NCBI GenBank assembly: GCA_016292635.1
Contig: JAEDIC010000008.1
Span: 150-64,149, forward strand
Direction of reading: 5' to 3'
Origin: Clostridia bacterium
GTDB lineage: Bacteria; Bacillota; Clostridia; Christensenellales; CAG-138
DNA: 64,000 nt
The position numbers were made by a program, and so were the translations under genes. The notes beneath the pieces were generated by a model. That model ran no database searches and was not told where the DNA came from. It saw only the letters and a program-made list of their open reading frames with translations. Positions 6,339 to 15,247 of the stretch are shown here, one piece after another. Numbering within the stretch: the stretch's first letter is position 1; the number at the start of each line of letters is the position of its first letter.

Positions 6339-8914
6339 ATGCTGTATGTCCCTCTGTTTTCTTTACGCATGGCTTCCATAAGCTCATTGAGCTCTCCGCA
6401 GGCTCTGTCCACCTCCTCACGGAAGGCCCGGGCGGGTACTCTGAGGGCGCCGCGGCCCAGCACGATAAGCTGCTCAAGTCCGTCCGACGTTGCCACCCGA
6501 ACGAGACCGGTTTCTTTTTTCAGCTGTTCTGTTACCCGCTCGATGTATACATCGGCTATTTCCGCCTCTCGGGTGTATACGATGTATATGCCGCCGCTTT
6601 TTTCAACCTTTTCTTCGCCGCTGCTTACCTTATATGCATCGAATACCAGAATAAGGTTGCATTTTTTAAAGCCCTGATAGTTTACCAACAGCCTTATCAG
6701 GGTTTCGCGGGCAAGGGATATGCTTTCCCGTGCCATGGCTCTGAGGTCATCCCATGCGAAGATGATATTGTATCCATCCACAAGGAGATAGCTTTCCGCA
6801 GGGTCCATACGCTTGAGCATGGCGGCGGTGTCCATGGTCTGCTCCGGTCGTCTTCTCAGCAGAAATGTTCTGTCCTTTACAGGGCCGTAGGTGCGTTCAT
6901 ATATTGCCATAAGCTCCGCATCGGTATCGCCTGTTTTTTTTGAAGGAGCGGGCCGGGGGTCAGAGGCCTCCTGCCGCTCAAGGTGGGGGATAAGCTCATT
7001 CCACTTTACCACGAAGCCTGCCCCATGGCTGCAGAATACCGAATCGGGAGAATTTTCCGTATCTGTCTCTGGGTCGTAGCCAAGCCTTGCTATAACTTCC
7101 TCCGCATTATGGCAGGGGCGGTAACCGCCGGGAGAAAGGGAAAACCTTCCCAGTCCACGGGTGTATGCCGCAACCTCGCGGGCGTAGTCTCCCATTGCGG
7201 AAACGGGTGCGCTGCCTGTAAGCAGGGCAAAGCCGCCGGAAGAGGCGGGCGGGTCGGTTTCGCCCTCCATGCGGCGTATGTCGGTTATGGCTCTGCCAAG
7301 GTTTTCCTGCGGCAGTTCAAGGCGAAATTCGTAATATGGTTCCAGCAGCAGGGACTTTGCCTGCATAAGACCCTGACGAACGGCCCGGTATGTGGCCTGA
7401 CGGAAGTCGCCGCCCTCGGTGTGCTTAAGGTGGGCCTTGCCGTTAAGGAGGGTTATGCGTATATCCGTTATGGGAGAGCAGGTGAGCACGCCACGGTGCT
7501 GTTTTTCCTGCAGGTGTGTAAGTATGAGCCGCTGCCAGTTTCTGTCCAATACATCCTCGCTGCAGGCGGTGTCGAATACAAGGCCGCTGCCACGGGGCAA
7601 AGGTTCCAGCAGCAGCTGAACATGGGCAAAGTGCTTCAGCGGTTCGTAATGGCCTATGCCCTCTACTGTATCAGCGATGGTTTCTTTATATAATATTGTG
7701 CCCTGTCCGAAGGAAACATCCAGTCCGAATCTATCCTTTATTATGGATTGCAACACCTCCCGCTGAACGTCTCCCATGAGCCGGGCCTGCATCTCCCTGC
7801 GCTGTTCGTCCCATAAAAGATGCAGCTGCGGATCTTCTTCCTGAAGTTTTTTCAGCTTTTGATAAGCATCCGGCAGGTTGGTATCAGCGGGGAACAGAAG
7901 GCGATAGGACAGCACAGGTTCAAGCGCGGAGGGGCTGTCATCCATTTCAAAGCCCAGTCCCTGCCCGGGATATGTGCGGCTGAGGCCGCATACGGCGCAT
8001 ATCATGCCGGATTCGGCGGTTTGCGCGGGGACGAATTTTGCCCCGGAGTATATCCGTATCTGGTCCGCCTTTTCTTCCCAAAGATTATCATTCCTGGTGG
8101 TGGCGGTGCGGTTGGTTATTACGTCTTTTACGGACAGGCTGCCGCCGGTTATCTTCATCCATGTGAGCCGGTTGCTGCCGTCGTAGGTTATCTTGAATAC
8201 CCTTGCGCCAAAATCCTCAGGGTAGCTGCGGCAGCGGGTAAAGCGCTCTATGGCCCGCAGGAAAGCTTCAACACCGTCAAGCTTCAGGGCGGCGCCAAAG
8301 AATACCGGGAAGATATGGCGGGAGAGTATTCCCCCGGCAAGCTGGTCATCCGACAGGCTTCCATTCTCAAGAAAGGCTTCCATAAGGGATTCGGAACACA
8401 TTGCGGCAGACTCATAAAGCTCTTCGGAATCGGTAAAGTCCACACAACCTTCGTGCAGCTGTTCCCGCAGGGTGAAGATCATCTCGGACTTGTCCGGCCC
8501 CGGCAGGTCGGTTTTGTTTACGAATATGAAAACCGGCACTCCGTGGCGCTCAAGAAGCTGCCAAAGGGTGCGGGTATGGGCCTGAATGCCGCCGCTTATT
8601 ACAAGTATTGCATAATCCAGCACTTGAAGGGTTCGCTCGGTTTCGGCGGAAAAGTCAACGTGTCCCGGGGTATCCAGCAGGGTGATGCGGGTATTGCCAA
8701 GCTCCATTATTGCCTGCTTGGAAAATATGGTGATGCCTCGCTCCTTTTCAAGGCAGTGGGTATCCAAAAAGGCGCTTTGATGATCCACCCGTCCAAGGCT
8801 GCGCAAAGCCCCGGCGGTATATAACATACCCTCGGACAAAGTGGTCTTGCCGGCATCCACGTGGGCCAGCATGCCTATTGTGAGAAAATTTGTTGTGCAG
8901 ACGCTACGATTCAT
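6311..8914 (-). CDS. Translational GTPase (EF-G/TetM-like, domains G-II-III-IV-V) fused to a C-terminal YacP/Rae1-type NYN nuclease domain (867 aa)
   Basis: G motifs are present: AHVDAGKTT, RGITI, DTPGHVDF, NKTD, GAALK. Domain II-V-like segments are colinear with EF-G/TetM over about 640 aa. A linker of about 65 aa follows, then the NYN domain. It is a single uninterrupted ORF. Confidence 0.85.
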   Translation of the reverse strand: MNRSVCTTNFLTIGMLAHVDAGKTTLSEGMLYTAGALRSLGRVDHQSAFLDTHCLEKERGITIFSKQAIMELGNTRITLLDTPGHVDFSAETERTLQVLDYAILVISGGIQAHTRTLWQLLERHGVPVFIFVNKTDLPGPDKSEMIFTLREQLHEGCVDFTDSEELYESAAMCSESLMEAFLENGSLSDDQLAGGILSRHIFPVFFGAALKLDGVEAFLRAIERFTRCRSYPEDFGARVFKITYDGSNRLTWMKITGGSLSVKDVITNRTATTRNDNLWEEKADQIRIYSGAKFVPAQTAESGMICAVCGLSRTYPGQGLGFEMDDSPSALEPVLSYRLLFPADTNLPDAYQKLKKLQEEDPQLHLLWDEQRREMQARLMGDVQREVLQSIIKDRFGLDVSFGQGTILYKETIADTVEGIGHYEPLKHFAHVQLLLEPLPRGSGLVFDTACSEDVLDRNWQRLILTHLQEKQHRGVLTCSPITDIRITLLNGKAHLKHTEGGDFRQATYRAVRQGLMQAKSLLLEPYYEFRLELPQENLGRAITDIRRMEGETDPPASSGGFALLTGSAPVSAMGDYAREVAAYTRGLGRFSLSPGGYRPCHNAEEVIARLGYDPETDTENSPDSVFCSHGAGFVVKWNELIPHLERQEASDPRPAPSKKTGDTDAELMAIYERTYGPVKDRTFLLRRRPEQTMDTAAMLKRMDPAESYLLVDGYNIIFAWDDLRAMARESISLARETLIRLLVNYQGFKKCNLILVFDAYKVSSGEEKVEKSGGIYIVYTREAEIADVYIERVTEQLKKETGLVRVATSDGLEQLIVLGRGALRVPARAFREEVDRACGELNELMEAMRKENRGTYSIWQTLKDNS
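6314..6790 (-). other. NYN (YacP/Rae1-like) nuclease domain-encoding part of the GTPase fusion (residues ~709-867)
   Basis: YLLVDGYNIIFAWDD..., NLILVFDAYKV..., VRVATSDGLEQLIV. The three acidic motifs typical of YacP-type NYN domains are all present. Confidence 0.7.
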
Positions 8915-8920
8915 GATACA

Positions 8921-8949
8921 ATTATAGCATACATCATATCTTTGATAAA
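8921..8949 (-). promoter_or_regulatory. Possible extended -10 promoter giving a leaderless mRNA for the GTPase-NYN gene
   Basis: On the minus strand, TTTATC (8949-8944), 17 nt, TGcTATAAT (8929-8921). Only 6 nt (TGTATC) separate the -10 from the ATG at 8914. No Shine-Dalgarno sequence is present. Confidence 0.3.
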
Positions 8950-8981
8950 TATGGTCGGATTTTCAATCCACCGGTCGCACA

Positions 8982-8999
8982 TTGTTATATTTATAACAA
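8982..8999. promoter_or_regulatory. Perfect 18-bp palindrome in a divergent intergenic region (candidate operator)
   Basis: TTGTTATA-tt-TATAACAA, between the GTPase-NYN gene (-) and the TAXI-TRAP operon (+). Confidence 0.3.
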
Positions 9000-9038
9000 C
9001 AAATTAATAAAATAATAATATATTATCTAATATTTGCC

Positions 9039-9067
9039 TTGAAAAAGCATTCTTAATGTGTTATTGT
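9039..9067 (+). promoter_or_regulatory. Sigma-A-like promoter for the TAXI-TRAP operon
   Basis: TTGAAA (9039-9044), 17 nt, TATTGT (9062-9067), about 60 nt upstream of the ATG at 9126. Confidence 0.35.
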
Positions 9068-9125
9068 ATACACGGATACAAGAATGCGAGTACAAAATCA
9101 TTAAAATATTTGGAGGGAAACAACA

Positions 9126-10091
9126 ATGAAAAAACTGATCGCAATCCTCATGGTAATGGTCATGGCACTGTCCTTTGCGGCCTGTTCCGGCGGCGCACCT
9201 GGCGGCGCGTCCGATGTGCATCGTCTCGTAATGGTAACCGGCGGCGACGCAGGCACCTATTATGCATTCGGCGGCGTTATCGCAAACGTACTCACCGAGA
9301 GCATTGACAATGTTGAAGTTACCGCCACCACTTCCGGCGCTTCCGCTGCAAACGCCCGTTCCCTGAACAACAAGGAAGCCGACCTTGCGATTCTCCAGAA
9401 TGACGTTCTCCAGTATGCCATCACCGGCACCGAGACCATGGCAGAAGACGGCGCTATGGAAAGCCTCTGCGCCATAGCTTCCCTGTATCCCGAAGCCGTT
9501 CAGCTGGTAGCTACCGCATCCAGCGGAATCACCAGCATTGCGGACCTTAAGGGCAAGAAGGTATGCGTTGGTGATCAGGGCTCCGGCTCCGAAGTAAACG
9601 CTCAGCAGGTTCTGGCTGCGGCCGGCCTCTCCTATGACGACTTTGACGTACAGTACCTGAGCTTCTCCGAGGCTTCCACCGCTATGCAGAACGGCACCGT
9701 TGACGCCGCATTCGCAACCTCCGCTCTGCCCAACAGCGCTATAACCGAGCTTGCAAACTACACCGATATCGTAGTTGTACCTATCGACGGTGAGATCGCC
9801 GATAACCTGATCGCTGCTCATCCTTTCTACGCAAAGACCACCATTGGCGAGGATGTATACGGCGTAGCCGCTGCCGATAGCGTAGCCATGATGGCTATCC
9901 TGGCCTGCACCACCGACCTTGACGAGGATGTTGTATACAACATCACCAAGACCATCTTTGAGAGCCAGGACGCTCTTGTTGCAGGCCATGCGCGCGGCAA
10001 AGACGTAACCCTCGAAACCGCATTTGACGGCGTAACCGTAGACTATCATCCCGGCGCAGTGAAGTACTTCACCGAGAAGGGTCTCATGTAA
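9126..10091 (+). CDS. TAXI-family TRAP transporter solute-binding lipoprotein (321 aa)
   Basis: Signal peptide plus lipobox (LSFAAC). The sequence pattern is typical of TAXI receptors: GGDAGTYYAFGG, LQNDV, HPGAVKYF. TGGAGGG RBS. Confidence 0.9.
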   Translation: MKKLIAILMVMVMALSFAACSGGAPGGASDVHRLVMVTGGDAGTYYAFGGVIANVLTESIDNVEVTATTSGASAANARSLNNKEADLAILQNDVLQYAITGTETMAEDGAMESLCAIASLYPEAVQLVATASSGITSIADLKGKKVCVGDQGSGSEVNAQQVLAAAGLSYDDFDVQYLSFSEASTAMQNGTVDAAFATSALPNSAITELANYTDIVVVPIDGEIADNLIAAHPFYAKTTIGEDVYGVAAADSVAMMAILACTTDLDEDVVYNITKTIFESQDALVAGHARGKDVTLETAFDGVTVDYHPGAVKYFTEKGLM

Positions 10092-10106
10092 TTGGCCCTG
10101 AGCTGA

Positions 10107-10649
10107 ATGAGCCCCGCTAATAAAACAACAAAAACGAAAAAGGGGAGCAAGTTCCTTGCTCCCCTGCTAATCGTTATGTTGGCGTTAATTTCTTTAACGC
10201 CTGTATGTACCAGACTGACCCTTAGAGGATATGACAGCGGCAAACTGATGCTTGCCCTGCCCATAGAGCCTGAGGAGCGCTTTAAACTGCGCTTTACCCA
10301 TTCCGTAAACCTTTCATACGTTACGGACGAAATAGAATGGACGGGAGAGCAGCTTATCACCCGTACCAGCCTTTTTACCTCGTTTGGCGCCGGTATGCCT
10401 GTAATTGCTGACGGCATAGGCACCGAGATGCATAATACCGACGAGGGCTTCCTCATAACCGGGATAGACGAGGTGCAGAAGGATGATTTTATTCCCATAA
10501 TGCTGCAGGAGGTGCCGGATCATCATCTGCTTTACAGGGGTCGGGAGATCAGCCTGAGAGACGCCGCGAACGGCACGGCCTTTGTAAAGCTCAGCGTGGA
10601 AAGGGTAAGCCCTTTTTTCGCACTGATACAGGGCATTTCCCATAAATAA
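10107..10649 (+). CDS. DUF1850 domain protein, a TAXI-TRAP accessory (180 aa)
   Basis: N-terminal TM anchor. RFKLRFTHSVNLSYVTDEIEW-type core. Positioned between the TAXI receptor and the fused permease, as is usual for DUF1850. Confidence 0.8.
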   Translation: MSPANKTTKTKKGSKFLAPLLIVMLALISLTPVCTRLTLRGYDSGKLMLALPIEPEERFKLRFTHSVNLSYVTDEIEWTGEQLITRTSLFTSFGAGMPVIADGIGTEMHNTDEGFLITGIDEVQKDDFIPIMLQEVPDHHLLYRGREISLRDAANGTAFVKLSVERVSPFFALIQGISHK

Positions 10650-10669
10650 ACATAACCGGAGAAACGATT

Positions 10670-12874
10670 ATGAGCATTTTTAAGAAAAAAGACAAACCGG
10701 CTAAGAAGAATGAAATCAAGCTGAACGTGGATACCACGGGAATGACCGAAGAGGAGATAGCGGCCCTTGAGGCTGCGGCGGTGCTTGAAGAATATGACAG
10801 AGAGTCGGCATATAGAAACAAGCTGCCCAAATGGATCACTTCGCTGATCTCGGCGATACTGCTTGCATTTGCACTGTTTCAGATATACACCAGTATCTGG
10901 ACAATACCCGCCCAGATGCTCCGCTCCATTCACCTTGCTTTTGCGCTGGCGCTGGTTTTTCTGCTTTATCCTGCGGGAAAACATATGCGCAAGGACAAGG
11001 TGGCGTGGTACGACTATGTGCTGACCATACTTGCCGCGGCGGTAGTACTGTATATTCCCTTCAATTACGAGTATATAATCAAGGCCGTAGGCAACTATAC
11101 CATAATGGATATCACCATTGGTGTGGTTGGCATACTGCTGCTGTTTGAGGCCTGCCGCAGGGTGGTTGGAATGCCCATACTCATCATCGTATGCTGCTTC
11201 CTGCTGTATGCGCTGTTCGGCAACCTTATCCCCGGCTCCTTCGGACACAGGGGATACAGCGTGCGCCAAATAGTAAACCATATGTACTACACCATGAGCG
11301 GCGTGTTCGGAACGCCCCTTGGAGTGTCGTCAACCTTTATATTCCTGTTCATACTGTTCGGCGCCTTCCTTGAGAAGACCGGCGTAGGCAAGCTGTTTAT
11401 TGACCTTGCCAACGCTATTGCGGGCAAGAGGATCGGCGGCCCCGCAAAGGTTGCGGTAATATCCTCCGCCCTGCAGGGCACCGTTTCCGGTTCTTCCGTT
11501 GCAAATACTGTAAGCACCGGATCCTTCACTATCCCCGCCATGAAGCGCCTTGGTTACAAGCCTGAGTTTGCGGGCGCAGTTGAGGCAGCGGCCTCAACTG
11601 GCGGTCAGCTCATGCCGCCCATAATGGGCGCGGCTGCTTTCCTTATGGCGGAAAGCACCGGCTTTACCTATGCCGAGGTGGTTAAATCCGCCATAATCCC
11701 CGCAGTACTATATTTCTCCGGCATACTGATAAGCGTCCATCACGAGGCGAGAAAGATAGGCCTTAAGGGCATGAACGACGAGGATATCCCAAAGGTTGGT
11801 CAGGTAATGAAGGAGCGGGGTCATCTGCTGCTGCCTCTGGCATTCATGATCTATATGCTGGCCGTAAAGGTAACCCCCACTTATGCTGCCCTGGGCGCCA
11901 TCGTTACTTCTCTCATCGCCAGCAGCATAGGCTGGCTGGCCGTGGTACCTGTGGGCGCCATGGTGGTGGGTATGAACATAGGTCTGCATTTCACCCATTA
12001 CGCCCTTGTGGCAATAGGCATATGGCTGGTCATCTGCATAATCCGTGGTCTCAAGTATAAGAATGCTTCCTCCGCTTACAAATGGATAGAAAACGCCCTG
12101 GGCTTTGATCCCTATGATATAATTGACGGCCTTAAGAGCGGCTCCAGAAACGTTCTTTCCGTAGCCATAGCCTGCGCTATGGCGGGTATGATCGTTGGTA
12201 CCGTTACCCTTACCGGCCTTGGTCTGAAGTTTGCAACCGGCCTTGCAAGGCTTGCGGGCGACAGCATTTATCTGCTGCTGTTCTTCACCATGTTGTCCTC
12301 CATAGTGCTGGGCATGGGCGTTCCTACCACTGCAAACTATCTGATCACCTCCACCATCTGCGCTCCCGCCATCATTTCCATGGTGTGCCAGATGAGGGGC
12401 GTGCCTGTGACGGAGCCCACAATGGCCATCGTCATGAGCGCGCACCTGTTCGTGTTCTATTTCGGCATTGTGGCAGATATAACGCCGCCCGTTGCTTTGG
12501 CGGCAATGGCAGGATCGGCAATAGCCAAGGGAGACCCGTTTAAAACGGGAGTAAACGCCACGAGGATAGCCATAGGCGCGTTCATAGTGCCTTATATCTT
12601 CGTGCTGAATCCCGCAATGCTGATGATCGATACTACCATCTTTGCCATAGTACAGAACGTTGCTACCGCCCTTATAGGTATGTATGCCCTTTCCGGCGGC
12701 CTTGCCGGTTTCGTGCAGGATCACTGCAGGTGGTATGAGCGGCTGCTGCTCATGGGCGGCGGCATGGGCATGATAATCCCGGGCACCGCATCCGACGTAG
12801 TAGGTTTCATTATCGCGGCTGCCATCTACATCATTCAGAAGCGCCGCGCAAACGCCAGAAGCGCCATAGCCTAA
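10670..12874 (+). CDS. TRAP transporter fused permease (TAXI-type 4TM/12TM fusion, 734 aa)
   Basis: Large polytopic ORF directly downstream of the TAXI receptor and DUF1850 genes. DctM-like repeats. Confidence 0.9.
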   Translation: MSIFKKKDKPAKKNEIKLNVDTTGMTEEEIAALEAAAVLEEYDRESAYRNKLPKWITSLISAILLAFALFQIYTSIWTIPAQMLRSIHLAFALALVFLLYPAGKHMRKDKVAWYDYVLTILAAAVVLYIPFNYEYIIKAVGNYTIMDITIGVVGILLLFEACRRVVGMPILIIVCCFLLYALFGNLIPGSFGHRGYSVRQIVNHMYYTMSGVFGTPLGVSSTFIFLFILFGAFLEKTGVGKLFIDLANAIAGKRIGGPAKVAVISSALQGTVSGSSVANTVSTGSFTIPAMKRLGYKPEFAGAVEAAASTGGQLMPPIMGAAAFLMAESTGFTYAEVVKSAIIPAVLYFSGILISVHHEARKIGLKGMNDEDIPKVGQVMKERGHLLLPLAFMIYMLAVKVTPTYAALGAIVTSLIASSIGWLAVVPVGAMVVGMNIGLHFTHYALVAIGIWLVICIIRGLKYKNASSAYKWIENALGFDPYDIIDGLKSGSRNVLSVAIACAMAGMIVGTVTLTGLGLKFATGLARLAGDSIYLLLFFTMLSSIVLGMGVPTTANYLITSTICAPAIISMVCQMRGVPVTEPTMAIVMSAHLFVFYFGIVADITPPVALAAMAGSAIAKGDPFKTGVNATRIAIGAFIVPYIFVLNPAMLMIDTTIFAIVQNVATALIGMYALSGGLAGFVQDHCRWYERLLLMGGGMGMIIPGTASDVVGFIIAAAIYIIQKRRANARSAIA

Positions 12875-12904
12875 AGCGCATCTGCGCCATATAGCCAAAA
12901 ACAT

Positions 12905-12940
12905 GAAATCCCCTGAAATTTCGGGGGATTTTTTTGTATT
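12905..12940 (+). terminator. Intrinsic terminator of the TRAP operon
   Basis: GAAATCCCC-tgaaatttc-GGGGATTT followed by TTTTTGTATTTTTT. Confidence 0.8.
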
Positions 12941-12956
12941 TTTTACTTAATATGGT

Positions 12957-12985
12957 TTGCCTTTGTGGGATAAATAATGTATAAT
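12957..12985 (+). promoter_or_regulatory. Sigma-A-like promoter for pnp
   Basis: TTGCCT (12957-12962), 17 nt, TATAAT (12980-12985). Confidence 0.45.
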
Positions 12986-13027
12986 AAATTGGTTTATAAT
13001 GAATAAGAGAAAAGAAGGAGCATGAAC

Positions 13028-15124
13028 ATGCAAGGAAAAGTTTATTCAATGGAGCTCTCCGGCAAGACACTGACCATAGAGACCGGCAAATACTGCGAAC
13101 AGGCCGGCGGCAGCGCATTCGTGCGCATGGGCGATGCCGTTGTTATGGTTAACGCCACCGTAGCCAAGGCCCCCCGTGACGGAGTGGATTTTCTCCCCCT
13201 GTCCATAGAATTCGAAGAAAAGATGTACGCAGTTGGCAAGATCCCCGGCGGATACATCAAGCGCGAAGGCCGTCCTTCCGAGAAGGCCATCCTGTCCTGC
13301 CGCCTTATCGACCGTCCCCTTCGTCCCCTTTTCCCGAAGGGCTTCTATAACGACATTCAGGTAATAGCCACCGTTCTTTCCAGCGAGCCTGACGTACAAC
13401 CCGAGATCCTGGGCATGGTTGGCGCTTCCGCAGCCCTGGCCATGAGCGAAGCTCCGTTTATGGGTCCCATCGGCGCAGTTGCCGTTGGTATGGTAGACGG
13501 CAAATACATCATCAACCCCAATTTGGAGGAGCGGGCCAACAGCCGCCTGAACCTTACCGTAGCCGGTACCAAGGACGCGGTCATGATGGTTGAAGCGGGC
13601 GCAAACGAGCTGACCGAGAAGGAAATGCTGGACGCCATACTGCTGGCACACGAAGAGATAAAGAGGATCGTGGCTTTCATTGAGAACATTGCTTCCGAAT
13701 GCGGCAAGCCCAAGATGGAAGTGAACATCTACAAGCCCGATGAAGAATTCACCGAGAAGGTGCGCGAGTACTCCCGCGAAAAGGTGGAGTGGCAGCTTGA
13801 TACCTTTGACCGCAAGGTGCGCGAGGAGCGCAGCGAGCAGGTAAAGGCAGAGGTCATTGAGCACTTTGCCGAGGAATACCCCGAGTCCGCGTCCGATATC
13901 GACATGATACTCTACAACCTGACCAAGGAAATCGTCAGGGATAAGATAATCAACCGCAAGATCCGCCCTGACGGACGCGCACAGGATGAGATTCGCCCCA
14001 TCTGGAGCGAGGTTGGCATACTGCCTCGGGTGCACGGCAGCGGCGTATTTACCCGTGGTCAGACTCAGGTTATGACCATAGCAACTCTTGCTCCCCTTTC
14101 TGAGGGACAGGATCTTGACGGTATTGACGAAGTTACCTTCAAACGCTATATGCATCAGTACAATATGCCTCCCTACAGCGTGGGCGAGGTACGCAGGGTA
14201 GGCAGCCCCGGCCGCCGCGAGATAGGCCACGGCGCCCTTGCGGAGCGTGCTCTGGTTCCCATGCTTCCCGATGAGTCAGAGTTCCCCTACGCAATGCGTC
14301 TGGTATCCGAGGTAGTAAGCTCCAACGGCTCCACCTCCCAGGCCTCCATCTGCGCCAGCACTCTGGCCCTTATGGATGCAGGCGTACCTCTGAAGAAGCC
14401 CGTAGCCGGCGTCGCCATGGGCCTTATAAAGGACGATTCCACCGGCAACATTGCCGTCCTTACCGACATACAGGGTCTTGAAGACTTCTTGGGCGATATG
14501 GACTTTAAGGTAGCCGGCACTAGGGAAGGCATCACTGCCATTCAGATGGATATAAAGATCAAGGGCATCGACGAGGAGATCCTCACCCGGGCTCTTGAGC
14601 AGGCACGCAGAGGCCGTCTATTCATACTGGACAAGATGGCGGAGACCATCGCCGCTCCCCGTGAGGAGATGTCTCCCTACGCTCCCCGCATCATGCAGTT
14701 CAGCATCCATCCCGATAAGATCCGCGAGGTCATCGGCTCCGGCGGTAAGACTATCAACGGCATCATCGCAGCAACCGGCGTTAAGATCGACCTTGAGGAT
14801 GACGGCCGAGTATTTATCGCTTCTCCCGATGCTGAGGCTGCCGCCGCCGCAAAGCGCATGATAGACGATATCTGCCGCGACATAGAAGTTGGCGGCGTGT
14901 TCCTGGGCAAGGTAGTTAACATTCTTCCCATCGGCGCTCAGGTAGAGCTGAAGCCCGGCAAGAAGGGCCTTGTACATATCAGCCGCCTTGCCAACCACAG
15001 GGTAGAAAAGGTTGAGGACGAGGTTCAGATAGGTGACGAGATACTGGTTCGCGTAATCGCAGTCAAACCCGACGGCAAGATCGACCTGACCCGCAAGGAG
15101 CTGCTTCCCGACGCAAAGAAATAA
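13028..15124 (+). CDS. pnp: Polyribonucleotide nucleotidyltransferase (PNPase)
   Basis: Two RNase PH domains plus KH plus S1, with unmistakable conservation along the full length. AAGGAG ends at 13020, so the ATG at 13028 has better spacing than the ORF-track ATG at 13022. Either start is possible. Confidence 0.95.
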   Translation: MQGKVYSMELSGKTLTIETGKYCEQAGGSAFVRMGDAVVMVNATVAKAPRDGVDFLPLSIEFEEKMYAVGKIPGGYIKREGRPSEKAILSCRLIDRPLRPLFPKGFYNDIQVIATVLSSEPDVQPEILGMVGASAALAMSEAPFMGPIGAVAVGMVDGKYIINPNLEERANSRLNLTVAGTKDAVMMVEAGANELTEKEMLDAILLAHEEIKRIVAFIENIASECGKPKMEVNIYKPDEEFTEKVREYSREKVEWQLDTFDRKVREERSEQVKAEVIEHFAEEYPESASDIDMILYNLTKEIVRDKIINRKIRPDGRAQDEIRPIWSEVGILPRVHGSGVFTRGQTQVMTIATLAPLSEGQDLDGIDEVTFKRYMHQYNMPPYSVGEVRRVGSPGRREIGHGALAERALVPMLPDESEFPYAMRLVSEVVSSNGSTSQASICASTLALMDAGVPLKKPVAGVAMGLIKDDSTGNIAVLTDIQGLEDFLGDMDFKVAGTREGITAIQMDIKIKGIDEEILTRALEQARRGRLFILDKMAETIAAPREEMSPYAPRIMQFSIHPDKIREVIGSGGKTINGIIAATGVKIDLEDDGRVFIASPDAEAAAAAKRMIDDICRDIEVGGVFLGKVVNILPIGAQVELKPGKKGLVHISRLANHRVEKVEDEVQIGDEILVRVIAVKPDGKIDLTRKELLPDAKK

Positions 15125-15146
15125 ACCAAAAACACAAACCAATGCA

Positions 15147-15178
15147 TGCGGGCGGATATGTAACTCTATCCGCCCGCA
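15147..15178 (+). terminator. Strong hairpin after pnp (terminator/attenuator)
   Basis: TGCGGGCGGATA-tgtaactc-TATCCGCCCGCA, a 12-bp stem. The T-run is weak (GTGATTTAT), so read-through into the downstream genes is plausible. Confidence 0.45.
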
Positions 15179-15247
15179 GTGATTTATCGCCGTTCTTTTT
15201 GTGTACAGGCCCTCATATGCTGTAATAGTAAGGGGGTGCGCGTAACA

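Noticed and set aside
6311-8914. Calling the 867-aa GTPase a TetM/TetO-type tetracycline ribosomal-protection (resistance) protein.
   Set aside because: Similarity is limited to the generic EF-G/TetM domain plan. The protein carries an extra NYN nuclease domain and sits in a core-genome context coupled to a ylmH-like gene, with no mobile-element hallmarks. A resistance call is not supportable from sequence alone.
9027-10049. 340-aa ORF antisense to the TAXI receptor gene. Similar long antisense ORFs are 11708..12904, 13046..14230, 22314..23105, 24735..25739, 35665..36306, 39327..40142, 41569..42288, 42484..43494, 47713..49194, 51716..53251, 53309..54151, 60941..62191 and 62594..63352.
   Set aside because: These are shadow ORFs opposite well-conserved genes in a moderately GC-rich genome. 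They lack RBSs, have skewed composition (Gly/Ala/Val/His/Arg runs), and each is fully contained within a recognisable gene on the other strand.
12875-13027. Expectation of rpsO and an RNase III-processed pnp leader upstream of pnp.
   Set aside because: rpsO is not present here, because the TRAP operon terminator directly precedes a simple promoter. The ~40-nt leader shows no long hairpin.
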